A stretch of 64,000 bases of DNA from Antedon mediterranea (taxonomy: Eukaryota > Animalia > Echinodermata), in contig NC_092671.1 in assembly GCF_964355755.1 (NCBI RefSeq), positions 38,016,304-38,080,303 on the forward strand. Direction: 5' to 3'. Numbering within the stretch: position 1 is the stretch's first letter; every line of letters begins with the position of its first letter. Positions 49,960 to 61,719 of the stretch are shown here, piece after piece. The notes under the pieces are model-generated. The model was not told the origin of the DNA. It saw nothing but the letters and a program-made list of their open reading frames with translations, and made no database searches. The position numbers were made by a program, and so were the translations under genes.

Positions 49960-51945
49960 TTTCTCCAGTTGATCTGGCTTTCTACTTAGTTAAATATATA
50001 TTTATATAGGCCAAGAGTGCTTTTCTGAACTGTATTGTGTACACTGTGATTCAATATCACCCAAGTGAAGATTTGAAGATTTTGAGCTAGCTTTTTTTTC
50101 AATCTGATTAAAAATGTCTAACCTGGCTTCTACAATTACAAGCATGTTTAGCTCATCCACTTCCATTTCTAGTTTTTATGGATACGACAAATTTCTAAAC
50201 ACAATAGATAACTTTCCATGTTTGCTTTCATCAACACCAATCCGTAAAACATTGTGTCGATCCGCCAAGATTACAACATCTTGCCAAACAGTGATTGAAT
50301 CGAAAGATGCCGAAATCCAAACATCAAACTCATGGGATCAAACCAATACAGTACTGTCACTGAAAAAGCAACTAAAAAGTGCTGAAGATCGGGTCAAAGA
50401 TCTAAGAAAACAGCTAGGAGAGAACCATGATCTTCATTCAAATTTTGTTCATCTTACCTCGGCATTTAATGAACTTAGTGATAGAAATGCTGTTCTAGAA
50501 GAGAAATTGAAAAGCTTAGAGTCACTAGTGCAAATCAATGCAGAATTTGAGTGTCAACCAAGCCACATAAAAGCTGCCAAACCCATTCCAACAAATGACC
50601 CAGTTGATATTGAATCAACAAACCATTATGATGTTCTCTGATGAATCAAATGAACAAATTGCACAAAATGTAACCCAGAATGAAGCTTTCCATGAGCATT
50701 CTGACAATGTTCATCACAACGTACCTGCAATAAAAAGCAGGAATCTCATCATAGGAGACTCTATGTTGAAACACATCAAGACAAAGGGCCTTTATGACAC
50801 ATCAATAAGAACACTACGAGGATCAAACACCAACCAACTTGATCACACGATACAAAATTTGGATCTTACCAATATTGAACATGTAATAATTCACTGTGGG
50901 ACAAATGATGTCAGTGCACATGATTTCAACTTGCGACAATTGGAGATGAACAATTAATGTCTAAGCTTAAAGAACGAGTATCTGGTAACGTATACATTTC
51001 AAGTATTTGTCCTCGCCTTGATAATGAAAGAATCAATAACAATGTTATTCAGGCAAACCGAATGCTTCAATCAATCTATGGACTTGCATTTATAGACAAC
51101 ACAAGAGCGTTTCTATCAAGCTATGGTAGAATAGATTCTTCTAAATTTACAAGACACGGATTGCATCTAAACAAGAAAGGAACATCGGCTTTAATCAAGA
51201 GTCTCAACAGAGCAGTCCAAATAATTTGTCACAAAGCTGAACATGCTTCAAACAGATCAATGAACACCTTTTGCCATTTTTGTAGTGAAACAGGACACAC
51301 GCGAAATGTTTGCAGACATGGCAAACCAGTTTTATGCTGGCGCTGTGATCAAACCGGACACAAAGCTAAATTATGTACAACTGGACAATATTGAGAATCT
51401 GGCAAAGCAAGTGTAGCCGCTGATCTTGAAATTGAACATGAAGTTGCTGATGAAATCAATTATGAAAATTCTCAAAAAACAGCTACATGTAATTTTAATG
51501 ATAATTATGACACTGGAATGTCAGGTAATTCAACTAACTCAAATTCTTCTTAATCCTAGTGTTGCTATTGATATGTCTCACAACTCCGCAGCATCAGGTA
51601 GCAATATTATTAATTTGTTAAATGGAATAATAACTAAAATAAGTTGTAAAGGATTAAAATTATTTCAATTGAATATACGTGGTCATGTAAATAAGATGGA
51701 CATGCTTAAGCATTTAACCAAAAATATTATATGTGACATTGGTGTATTATGTATAAATGAAACTTTTTGTGATGAAACTATAACTGATGGTGAAATTGCT
51801 ATTGAAAGTTTCAATTTATTAAGATGTGACAGAACAAGACATGGAGGTGGTGTAGCAATATAAATTAATAATAATTTAAATTATTGTCACAGAAAGGATC
51901 TTGAAATAGGAGGACTTGAATGTATATGGATTGAAATTAGTTACT
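49960..51945 (+). mobile_element. Disrupted CR1/L2-group LINE 5' portion: ORF1 (coiled coil, SGNH esterase, CCHC knuckles) and start of the ORF2 AP endonuclease
   Basis: IIGDSML, HCGTND, HGLHLN; CHFCSETGHTRNVC and CWRCDQTGHKAKLC; LNIRG, CINETF, DRTRHGGGVAI; frameshifts near 50630 and 50955, stop at 51861-51863. Confidence 0.88.
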
Positions 51946-53152
51946 AAGTACAGGGATTTTTTCAAAAAAATGGCCAATTTTCGACCTTTTTATTTTTCGA
52001 TAAAACTGGTTACTATAGTACAATTGACATGCGCAGAACCCATTAGTCGACTCTGCTCTGCTGTGCTATAGTAACCATGTATGTCAAATATGGTTATGAT
52101 AGCACAATTGACATGCGCAGATTGAACCCATTATTCGTCTCTACGCATGCTTATTATGCAATAGTAACCATTTATGTCAAAAAAGGGTCGAAAATCGGCC
52201 ATTTTTCAAAAACTTCCATGTACTATAGTACAGGGATTTTTTCAAAAAAAATGGCCAATTTTCGACCTTTTTATTTTTCGATAAAACTGGTTACTGTATA
52301 GCACAATTAACATGCGCAGAGTCGACTAATGGGTTCTGCGCATGTCAATTGTGCTATAGTAACCATTTATGTCAATGGTTATGATAGCACAACTGACATG
52401 CGCAGAACCCATTATTCGACTCTGCGCATGTTTATTATGCAATAGTAACCATTTATGTAAAAAAATAAAAGGGTCGAAAATCGGTAATTTTTCGAAAATT
52501 TCCATGTACAGCGGTTTTTCAAAAAATGGCAAATTTTCGACCTTTTTATTTTTCGATAAAACTGGTTACTATAGCACAATTGACATGCCCAGAACCCATT
52601 ATTCGCCTCTGCGCATGTTTATTATGCTATAGTAACCATTTATGTAAAATATGGTTATGATAGCACAACTGACATGCGCAGAACCCATTATTCGACTCTG
52701 CGCATGTTTATTATGCAATAGTAACCATTTATGTCAAAAAATAAAAGGGTCGAAAATCGGCCATTTTTCGAAAATTTCCATGTACTATAGTACAGGGATT
52801 TTAAAAAAAAAAGCAAATTTTCGACCTTTTTATTTTTCGATAAAACTGGTTACTATAGCACAATTAACATGCGCAGAGTCGACTAATGGGTGCTGCGCAT
52901 GTCAATTGTGCTATAGTAACCATGTATGTCAAATATGGTTATGATAGCACAATTGACATGTGCAGAACCCATTATTCGACTCTGCGCATGTTTATTATGC
53001 AATAGTAACCATTTATGCCAAAAAATAAAAGGGTCGAAAATCGGCCATTTTTCGAAAATTTTCCTGTACTAGTACACGGATTTTTTTCAAAAAAATGGCT
53101 AATTTTCGACCTTTTTATTTATCGATAAAACTGGTTACTATAGCACAATTAA
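51945..53152. repeat. ~280-bp-unit tandem array with internal inverted repeats (MITE-derived satellite)
   Basis: agtacagggattt-like anchor near 51947, 52228, 52789 and 53071; gcacaattgacatgcgcaga subrepeats in both orientations. Confidence 0.8.
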
Positions 53153-53374
53153 CAAAAATAGTTAATAGGTATTTACAGTATTGTCAAAGTATTGCAAGTT
53201 TATTCTCAAAGGGCCCATATATTTACCTACCGTATGTGTTAAACCAAGGGCTCATAAATTTACCTACTTGTGTTAAACCAAACTCTGGCAGACTGAGAGA
53301 TTGGGATGTTCCATTCATCGCAAATCAATACATTTGTATAATCATATATTAAATCTATCAAAATAGAAAATAGA

Positions 53375-53961
53375 CCAGTGTAACAATATCGTCTGCTATT
53401 TATAATGTCAATATACAGTTCACAACTATACTGTGTATTATTTATATTTGGTTTTGCAGAGACTTCTAAGGTTTTCCACATGTGGGTATCATTTTCATGT
53501 GATGAGGCTAGCTTAGTCATTTCAGTGAACTCCATAGAAAGATCTGTAGATGTCCTCTCTGTCATGCACATGGTTTTTATGACATCACCAATGTAATATA
53601 AAGGTTGACTGAAGTAACACATTGGATACTCTTTTGATGGTACTTTGAGGACGTTCAGGTAAGCTTTTCTTGAGGATATTATGCCTGTTGAAGTATCAAA
53701 CACACACATCTATAATCTTCAGCATCTGATCTTTCAACTGGATCAATTGTTAAACTATACTCATAGACTTCATTGCTTTTTTTATTCTTCTTAAAGGAAT
53801 ATCGTGAACTGTCTAATGTCTGGTTTATTTTTGTACCATGTTTTACCCAAGATACTTGATCTGTTGATTCATGATCTTTGAGAAGCAAACATTTCAATAT
53901 TGCTTTTTGTGTTTAAGCAATGGTAATTTATTCAGGATAATTATTATCAAATGAAATGTCC
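53375..53961 (-). pseudogene. Family B copy B5, truncated at both ends
   Basis: DISFDNNYPE*ITIA*TQKAILKC; extra CA in the cacacac run near 53705 shifts the frame; signal peptide and acceptor deleted; ends after RRYCYT. Confidence 0.88.
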
Positions 53962-55061
53962 TCTGAGTTATCAATTAGGCCTCAGTAAACAACGTAATCA
54001 GTTATTGACCTCATTGTCTTCCTTGACTCGAAGAAGCAATTTTATACTGTATAGTTATTTTTAGTAGCAACAATAATATTTTATGTTTTTTAGGAGAACC
54101 AGGCGCTATATATTTATGGAGGCACAATGATAGCATGGATGGCATAACGGTAAGATGGGAATAAGCATGTTAGTACTTCTCTCTTCAGATAGGATTCATT
54201 CATTTAATATACTAGATACATAATACAAAATTGTGTGCAATAAAACATATAGTATATATAATAATAGAGGATGAGAACACAAACTAAAACTCAGTGCTTT
54301 GGGGGTGAGGGAGGCCTTTAGAAGTCATGGAGGTCAGAAGACTTAAATTTCAAAATTATTTTAAAATATTTCAAAACTTTTGAGAGAAGGAGTAAAATAC
54401 ATTGTCAATATGCCAATATCTTGCAGTTTGTACATTTCTATTGAATAGTGCAATTTAGAAGAATTTATAACCAATTTAAAAATAAAATAAGATTTAAAAA
54501 TTGTAATATGTTTACTAAATTGTCAAAAATCCAGATGTTTAACCATTTTGATATTAAAAATATTACAGGATAGAGTGTTTATTGCCATATTTTTTAGCCC
54601 AACATTTACATGGTCTAATTCATCAAACTATTGTATATATATTAATATTATAGGCTAGTACCTTGATTTGTAAATAACAAAGTACAAACCTCTATAAAAA
54701 ACATAATAATGGAATAGTCCAATTTCATTCATTAATGGCAATAGGGAATTATAGTATGCATTGATGGTTCCTAGCAACTATTGATTTGTTTTTCTGTCAT
54801 AATTTAGGTACCTGTCAAACTAGTACAAAAAATAGCGTGTGAACAATTCCAGTGTCATTGTATAACAGCGATAGCAACACCTACATTTTATCTGAACAAT
54901 GCTCGATCCCTAGGGTCACCCGGACCGATCATATTCCAATGATTGACTGATTATCAATGGATAATTCAGTTTTCAAAGGTACTATTTTTGTATATTTATG
55001 TTTACACAACAATAAATGTTCATAAACATGTTCAATTGAGCAGGATTAATAATAGAATTTG

Positions 55062-55180
55062 ACTTACCATTTTGCATTGTCATTTTATAATTATCATGGC
55101 TGACTAACACGACAAAATTTCTACACGTTGCTCATCCGGGTAACTAAAATTGTCGACGTCACCAAATAAAGTTGGTGGCG
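55062..55180 (-). promoter_or_regulatory. Family-B promoter/exon-1 module for B5
   Basis: Near-identical to 19625-19745; gccATG...ATG|gtaagt. Confidence 0.5.
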
Positions 55181-55544
55181 TACCTGTACGACTTTATTGA
55201 TTTTACAATACAGAGGTACAACAATGCTTGTCAGATTATTGTATTCCAAATTGTTATAAATTGCATGTTTTATTTACTTTATCTCTATTATTGCTGTTTT
55301 TTTCTTATCACGTTTATTTCAGTATATTTATTTTATTTGATAAATAGCAAACCCAATTGTTAAACTTGTACTTTGTAAACATTACTACTAAATTTAATAC
55401 CGATTACTCGCCCTTAATTTTCAATATCAAATTATAAAGTAGTGTTACAGTAATATAGGCAAATTATTTAAAGAAAATTTGGGAAAAAAACAACTAATTT
55501 AAGTCTAAAAGGCAAGGAACGCTACATGCTTGAGAGACTTAATA

Positions 55545-56090
55545 ATGGAGAATGTAATATAGGATATTAAAAGGCAATATCGATCATTATGTATTAGAGG
55601 TAACTCTCTTTGTAGAAAATTTAGTAAATGCTCAACAGATGTTAAGATTACTTTGTTTAAGTCATACTGTATTAGTATGTATTGTGCGGCCTTATGGTGC
55701 GATTTTAATGTAAAAACTATAAAGTCATTACAGGTCTGTTATAATAACGCACTTAGAAAGATTTTAAGACGCTCAAGGAGCTGTAGTGCTAGTGCTATGT
55801 TTGTTGATAACCATGTTCCCTCCTTCTATGAGTACATTCGGAAATCAATTTTTTGTTTCAAAACAAAAATTGAAAAAAGCTGTAATACTTTAATTACATG
55901 TGTTTTTTCTCGTATTCTAAAAGATTCAAAGTTGCATAGAAAATGGACAGAACTTTTGTATGTTTAATCTCATGTATACTTTTACGTGTGTTAACTAGTA
56001 TCAGTATAGCCATAATAATGTGTTGTTTTTGTAAACTTTATGTGTTTCATATGGACAGTTTGTCTGAAATAAAGTTGAATTGAATTGAAT
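55545..56090 (+). mobile_element. LINE 3' end fragment with (TTGAA)n tail
   Basis: LFKSYC.SMYC..LW...YNNALRKIL ORF2 C-terminus; aataaagttgaattgaattgaa; interrupts the paralogous flank. Confidence 0.75.
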
Positions 56091-57289
56091 AAGATTATAG
56101 TATTGCTTGAGCTTAATAGTTTTTTCCAGAATAGGATGATTTCTTTTATTTTTAAGACAATATTAAGCATGTTTTTTTGGTTTTTTGTATGCATCTTCAG
56201 TAAATTTGTTGTAGGCATCTTCAGTAAACTTTTTTTTTGTAGGCATCTTCAGTAACTTTTTTTTTTTTTGTAGGCATGTTTTTTTTTTTTAGGCATCTTT
56301 AATGAGATTTTTTTTTTTTTTTGGCATCTTCAGTGAATTTTTTTGTGTAGGCATCTTCAGTGAATGATTTGGAAGATGTATAATTTTTTTTGGTTTAATG
56401 ATATTTTAAAGAAATGCTGAGAACAAAAAACAAACATTCTTTATTATTACATTTATTTTCCTTTCATCAGAAATAAATATATATGTATATATAAAGAAAG
56501 AGAAAAAATAATATATTATATTTTATGGTTCTAATATATTATTTCACTCTAAAATTGTACGTGTAAAATTGAATGACCGTACAATATGAAATAAAAGTGG
56601 GTTGCCCCCATAAAAGAGGAAAAAAAGGAAGATGTGGAAGTCTATATAGACCCCCACACGCCAATAAACCAAGTTAATCAACCAAATGTATTGCACCATA
56701 TGACACCACCAGTACAGACTTTATATATTAAACATTTATGCATCAAATATTTATAAATTAAAAATATAGCAACTCTAATGTCATCTAAGTGATCCTACAT
56801 TTTATTTATGTAGAAAATTTACTGTTCTGTAAATTAGCCCTACTATGCTTTTATCTTTCTCAATTTTTGTTATATTTTAATTGTTATAAATTTTCTTTAC
56901 TTTTAAACTTGTAACTGGACCATTTTGGAAATCAGTACTGCGTTACTGAAAATGCAATCCAGTCAAAAGAAAGAATAAATAAATAAAAATAAACACCAAT
57001 AACTCGACTTGATTTCAAATATTAATGAAGCAAGATCAGTAAAATGTTTTCTTTCCATTTTCATTGTCTTTGTCCTTTTTTGACATTTTGAGGAAAAAAT
57101 GTTAATATCCATTATCCTATTAGCATCATACAGTATATGACAAATAAATTGTAAACATTTAAAAAAATATTGTTTCATTTTTGGCCAGTTTCAAAGGCAC
57201 AGAACAAATTCTAAACCACCTGGTGATATACTAAATATTAATTAACTTTGAAACGAAAAGAATGAGAAAAGCCGCCTTAACAGAGATTC

Positions 57290-57925
57290 AAACTCGAAAC
57301 TAAGCTTCTGCTTGATATGAAGATGTTACTGGAGCTATTAGTCTATGCCCAATTCTTTCGTCCAGGCTAATAGATTGTAGAAAAACGATAGCTTACACAA
57401 CCAAAAAGAACAAAACCTCAATGTTTCAAGCATCACAAATATTTTATTTTGATAATTTTACAGCTAAAATTAAATTAATTAAATTGTTATTTCATCTTAT
57501 AGCTTAAAAGCACTGTACACTTACAAGAGGAAACAGAAAGCTTTACAGGATTGTGGTAATGTACCTAGTTTTAAAGTAAAATATTTTTTTTTATAATCAA
57601 TGCTTATATATATTTAAATGAATTGTTCCCTAAAAAAATAAGCTAAACAATTAAATTGGTCATATAAAGAAAAAAACTAAATGACCTAAAATACTGACTA
57701 CTTTTAAAATGTTATTGATTTGTCAATATACTGGGTTTGAGTCCCATCCAAGAATTACTCGCACACTTTTTTGCAAGTACTGTATTCTCAATGTCCTTAG
57801 TTTAAGCATGGAGTAATTCTTTACTCCATGGTTTAAGTACAACTTACATCAGAGTACGGCAAAACATTTGACCAATTACTCAATATACTGTACAATCATA
57901 CACTTGTTATTAAACAAAAACAAGC
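57290..57925 (-). repeat. Inverted copy of the family-A 3' flank
   Basis: Reverse complement of sequence at about 3538-3700 and 5480-5790. Confidence 0.75.
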
Positions 57926-58048
57926 ACGAATGTGCAATACTCGGGGTACAGTGAAAGAAGCTGTAATGACGTCATAAGACCGGATGTAACGTCACATACA
58001 CATCAATAACCTTAACTTAAGTTACTATACTCATGGAGACCTCCATGC

Positions 58049-58425
58049 TACGAAAGCCCATTAATGCCATTTGAAGTATATGTTTTTCTATCGTAATCCG
58101 TTCTAACGAATTAGTAATTCGTTTGAACGGATTAATAATCTGTTCAAACGAATTAGTAATCCGTTCAAACGAATTGCAACATATACAACAAGTGCCATTT
58201 AAAGTATATGTTGTAATTCGTTTAAACGGATTACTAATCCGTTCAAACGAATTACTAATTTGTTTAAACGGATTACTAATTTGTTCAAACGAATTACTAA
58301 TTCGTTCAAACGAATTACTAATTTGTTTAAACGGATTACTAATTTGTTTAAACGAATTAATAATTCGTTAGAACGGATTACGTTCGAAAAACATATACTT
58401 CAAATGGCATTAATGGGCTTTCGTA
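58049..58425. mobile_element. Short foldback/MITE copy (21-bp unit family)
   Basis: TIR tacgaaagcccattaatgccatt ... aatggcattaatgggctttcgta. Confidence 0.85.
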
Positions 58426-58438
58426 AAAATGCCATATT

Positions 58439-59916
58439 TACGAAAGCCCATTAATGCCATTTTAAGTATATGTTTTTCGAACGTAATCCGTTCTAACGAA
58501 TTAGTAATTCGTTTGAACGGATTAATAATCTGTTCAAACGAATTAGTAATCCGTTCAAACGAATTGCAACATATACAACAAGTGCCATTTAAAGTATATG
58601 TTGTAATTCGTTTAAACGGATTACTAATCCGTTCAAACGAATTACTAATTTGTTTAAACGGATTACTAATTTGTTCAAACGAATTACTAATTCGTTCAAA
58701 CGAATTACTAATTTGTTTAAACGGATTACTAATTTGTTTAAACGAATTAATAATTTGTTTAAACGGATTACTAATTCGTTCAAACGAATTAGTAATCCGT
58801 TTAAACAAATTAATAATTTGTTTAAACAAATTAATAATTTGTTTAAACGGATTACTAATCTGTTTGAACGAATTAGTAATTCGTTTGAACGAATTAGTAA
58901 TCTGTTTAAACAAATTAGTAATTTGTTTAAACAAATTATTAATTTGTTTAAACAAATTAATAATTTGTTTAAACGGATTACTAATTCGTTTAAACGAATT
59001 AGTAATTCGTTTAAACAGATTAGTAATCCGTTTAAACAAATTAGTAATCCGTTTGGACGGATTCCTAATTCGTTTGAACAGATTATTAATCTGTTTAAAC
59101 AAATTAGTAATTCGTTTGAACGGATTAGTAATCTGTTCAAACGAATTAGTAATCTGTTCAAACCAATTGCAACATATACAACAAGTGCCATTTAAAGAAT
59201 ATGTTGTAATTCGTTTGAACGGATTACTAATCCGTTCAAACGAATTACTAATTTGTTTAAACAGATTAATAATCTGTTAAAACGAATTAGGAATCCGTTC
59301 AAACGGATTAGTAATTTGTTTAAACGGATTACTAATTTGTTCAAACGAATTACTAATTCGTTCTAACGAATTAGTAATCCGTTTGAACAAATTATTAATT
59401 TGTTTAAACAAATTAATAATTTGTTTAAACGGATTACTAGTTCGTTCAAACGAATTACTAATTTGTTCAAACAGATTAGTAATCCGTTTAAACAAATTAT
59501 TAATTTGTTTAAACAAATTATTAATTCGTTTAAACGGATTACTAATTCGTTTGAACGAATTAGTAATTCGTTTGAACGGATTACTAATCCGTTTAAACAA
59601 ATTAGTAATTCGTTTGAACGAATTAGTAATCCGTTTAAACAAATTACTAATCCGTTTGAACGGATTCCTAATTCGTTTTAACAGATTATTAATCTGTTTA
59701 AACAAATTAGTAATTCGTTTGAACGGATTAGTAATCCGTTCAAACGAATTACAACATATTCTTTAAATGGCACTTGTTGTATATGTTGCAATTGGTTTGA
59801 ACAGATTACTAATTCGTTTGAACAGATTACTAATCCGTTCAAACGAATTACTAATTCGTTAGAACGGATTACGTTCGAAAAACATATACTTCAAATGTCA
59901 TTAATGGGCTTTCGTA
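58439..59916. mobile_element. Long foldback/MITE copy filled with quasi-palindromic 21-bp units
   Basis: Same TIRs; internal catatacaacaagtgccatttaaag block in both orientations. Confidence 0.88.
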
Positions 59917-59940
59917 CATTTTTAATGTATGGGTAGATAA

Positions 59941-60289
59941 TGTGTTAAGCGGAATAATCCGCACCCATTACGCGTATTCGTCGGAGAATGGTAAGCTTGG
60001 GATGATACCTGATACATCCTCTCTCCTTCGGACGCTTGCATCGACTAGACGTGTATTTGCCTAGCCTGTTAAACAATTTATTATTTCTTTTTGTTGAGAG
60101 CACATCGTTTGATCTTGATGTAATCTGTCTTGTTCCTGATTACTGTTAGCGACGGCTGCAGTGTTCTGTTATTAAACAATTGCGATTAAACTGGAAACTG
60201 AATCAGGTCTATTCTATTATGTGTCAGTGATCATTAATTGCTCTCCCACAAGCTATTCAAACACCAACGGACACGATCCGAAGGTCACA
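59941..60289 (+). repeat. 5' LTR of the Gypsy element
   Basis: tgtg...caca termini, directly upstream of the PBS and gag; the 3' LTR is outside the window, so boundaries are unverified. Confidence 0.65.
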
Positions 60290-60295
60290 TAATTT

Positions 60296-60308
60296 TGGTG
60301 CCGAAACC
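60296..60308 (+). promoter_or_regulatory. Primer binding site complementary to the tRNA-Phe 3' end
   Basis: TGGTGCCGAAACC is complementary to ...GGUUUCGGCACCA of eukaryotic tRNA-Phe. Confidence 0.7.
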
Positions 60309-60348
60309 TGTTTTATAAATCCAATTTGTTCAAAAAAAAGGTAACAGT

Positions 60349-61719
60349 ATGGCTAGTAACCAACACAATGCTGCAGCGGATTCATCGCTGGATGCATCAA
60401 TACCAGATCCGATTTCTACAAACACACCTATAATTCCGGAACTTAGTATCCAAGGACAACCGAGGCGACCACGACCAAGACTTCCCAGATCCAGTACACC
60501 AATGAGTGGTGCAGTAAACAGCCCAGAGATGGCATCGGACGTCAGCGTAGTTCAACCAGGGACATCGCCGCTGCTGTTGGCTGGATTTGATCCACCACCT
60601 ACAATGGATACTGTACCAAGAGTGATCTCATCCCATCAGATCAAGAGTTTTCCCACATTTACTGGGAGGGACAAGGATGGATTAAAGGTGGAAGACTGGG
60701 TTAGAGATATTAAGTATTTGTTAAGATCTAAAGGTTATTCTGCACCGCTTCCCCAATTCCATGAGATTGTAAGACACACTGGGGGTCGGGCCCGTGACCT
60801 GGTATTGAACTTGGAGAGTAGGGGTCCAGACCTAACGACACCTGATGCTGCTCTGAAAGAATTGGTCAGAGAGTACGGGGACTTAAACGTTACTGTGTCA
60901 CCTATGGCAGCTTTTTATGCCCGTTTTCAGCAGTCCACGGAAACGCCAAGGGATTATGCAATTGCGCTCGAAGCACTGTTACGCCGAGTATGTGGCCAAC
61001 TCGAGTCACAACATTCTGAACTGATGGATCGAGATGGGGTTTTATGCACCCAGTTCATGTATGGCCTGCGAGATGTAGAGGTAAAGAATCGGCTGGCTCC
61101 GATGCGCCCAAGGCAGATGAAATTCGCAGCTTTGCGGGAAGAACTCCGCATCATCTCCTATGAATTGGCACAAGACCGTGATTGGTTTGGCGGGTCCCAC
61201 CAAGCAAAGCTGTATTCACAGACGGTAACAAGACCCAAAGACCGTGTTCCAAAGGCCGAAGCAAAATCAACGACACCAACCACGGATATCAGCCTCGAGA
61301 TATTAGAGAAATTGAAGGCTTTAGAGGTACGTATCCATGGAATCGAAAACAAGGCCGAAGGTTATGGCAGACCTCGGGCACAACCCCGAAGGAATGCCTG
61401 CTTCAAATGCGGCAAAATTGGTCATTTTGCCAGAAACTGTTTTCAGACTAACAATCACCCCGCATCAGTGTCACAGCAGCAACAACAGGCTTACTTTGAA
61501 AATCAGACACCTTTTCAGCCACAAAATCACCCTGTACAAATACCACAGCAGCCGCCACAACAAATGTACTTTGAACATCAGATTCCGTTCCAACCACAAG
61601 GCCCTCTTCAACAATTTGGCAGACCATGGTATCCCACTAGTCAACAGCTTCCAGTAAACCAACAAACAAGCCGACCTGAAACAGCTGCTGCCAGCCATAA
61701 GCCTTCTATAAACGGGTAG
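60349..61719 (+). CDS. gag: Gypsy Gag (capsid-like region plus CCHC zinc knuckle, Q/P-rich tail)
   Basis: 456-aa ORF; FTG..VEDW, Q...ETPRDY...L, QFMYGL; CFKCGKIGHFARNC. Confidence 0.9.
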   Translation: MASNQHNAAADSSLDASIPDPISTNTPIIPELSIQGQPRRPRPRLPRSSTPMSGAVNSPEMASDVSVVQPGTSPLLLAGFDPPPTMDTVPRVISSHQIKSFPTFTGRDKDGLKVEDWVRDIKYLLRSKGYSAPLPQFHEIVRHTGGRARDLVLNLESRGPDLTTPDAALKELVREYGDLNVTVSPMAAFYARFQQSTETPRDYAIALEALLRRVCGQLESQHSELMDRDGVLCTQFMYGLRDVEVKNRLAPMRPRQMKFAALREELRIISYELAQDRDWFGGSHQAKLYSQTVTRPKDRVPKAEAKSTTPTTDISLEILEKLKALEVRIHGIENKAEGYGRPRAQPRRNACFKCGKIGHFARNCFQTNNHPASVSQQQQQAYFENQTPFQPQNHPVQIPQQPPQQMYFEHQIPFQPQGPLQQFGRPWYPTSQQLPVNQQTSRPETAAASHKPSING

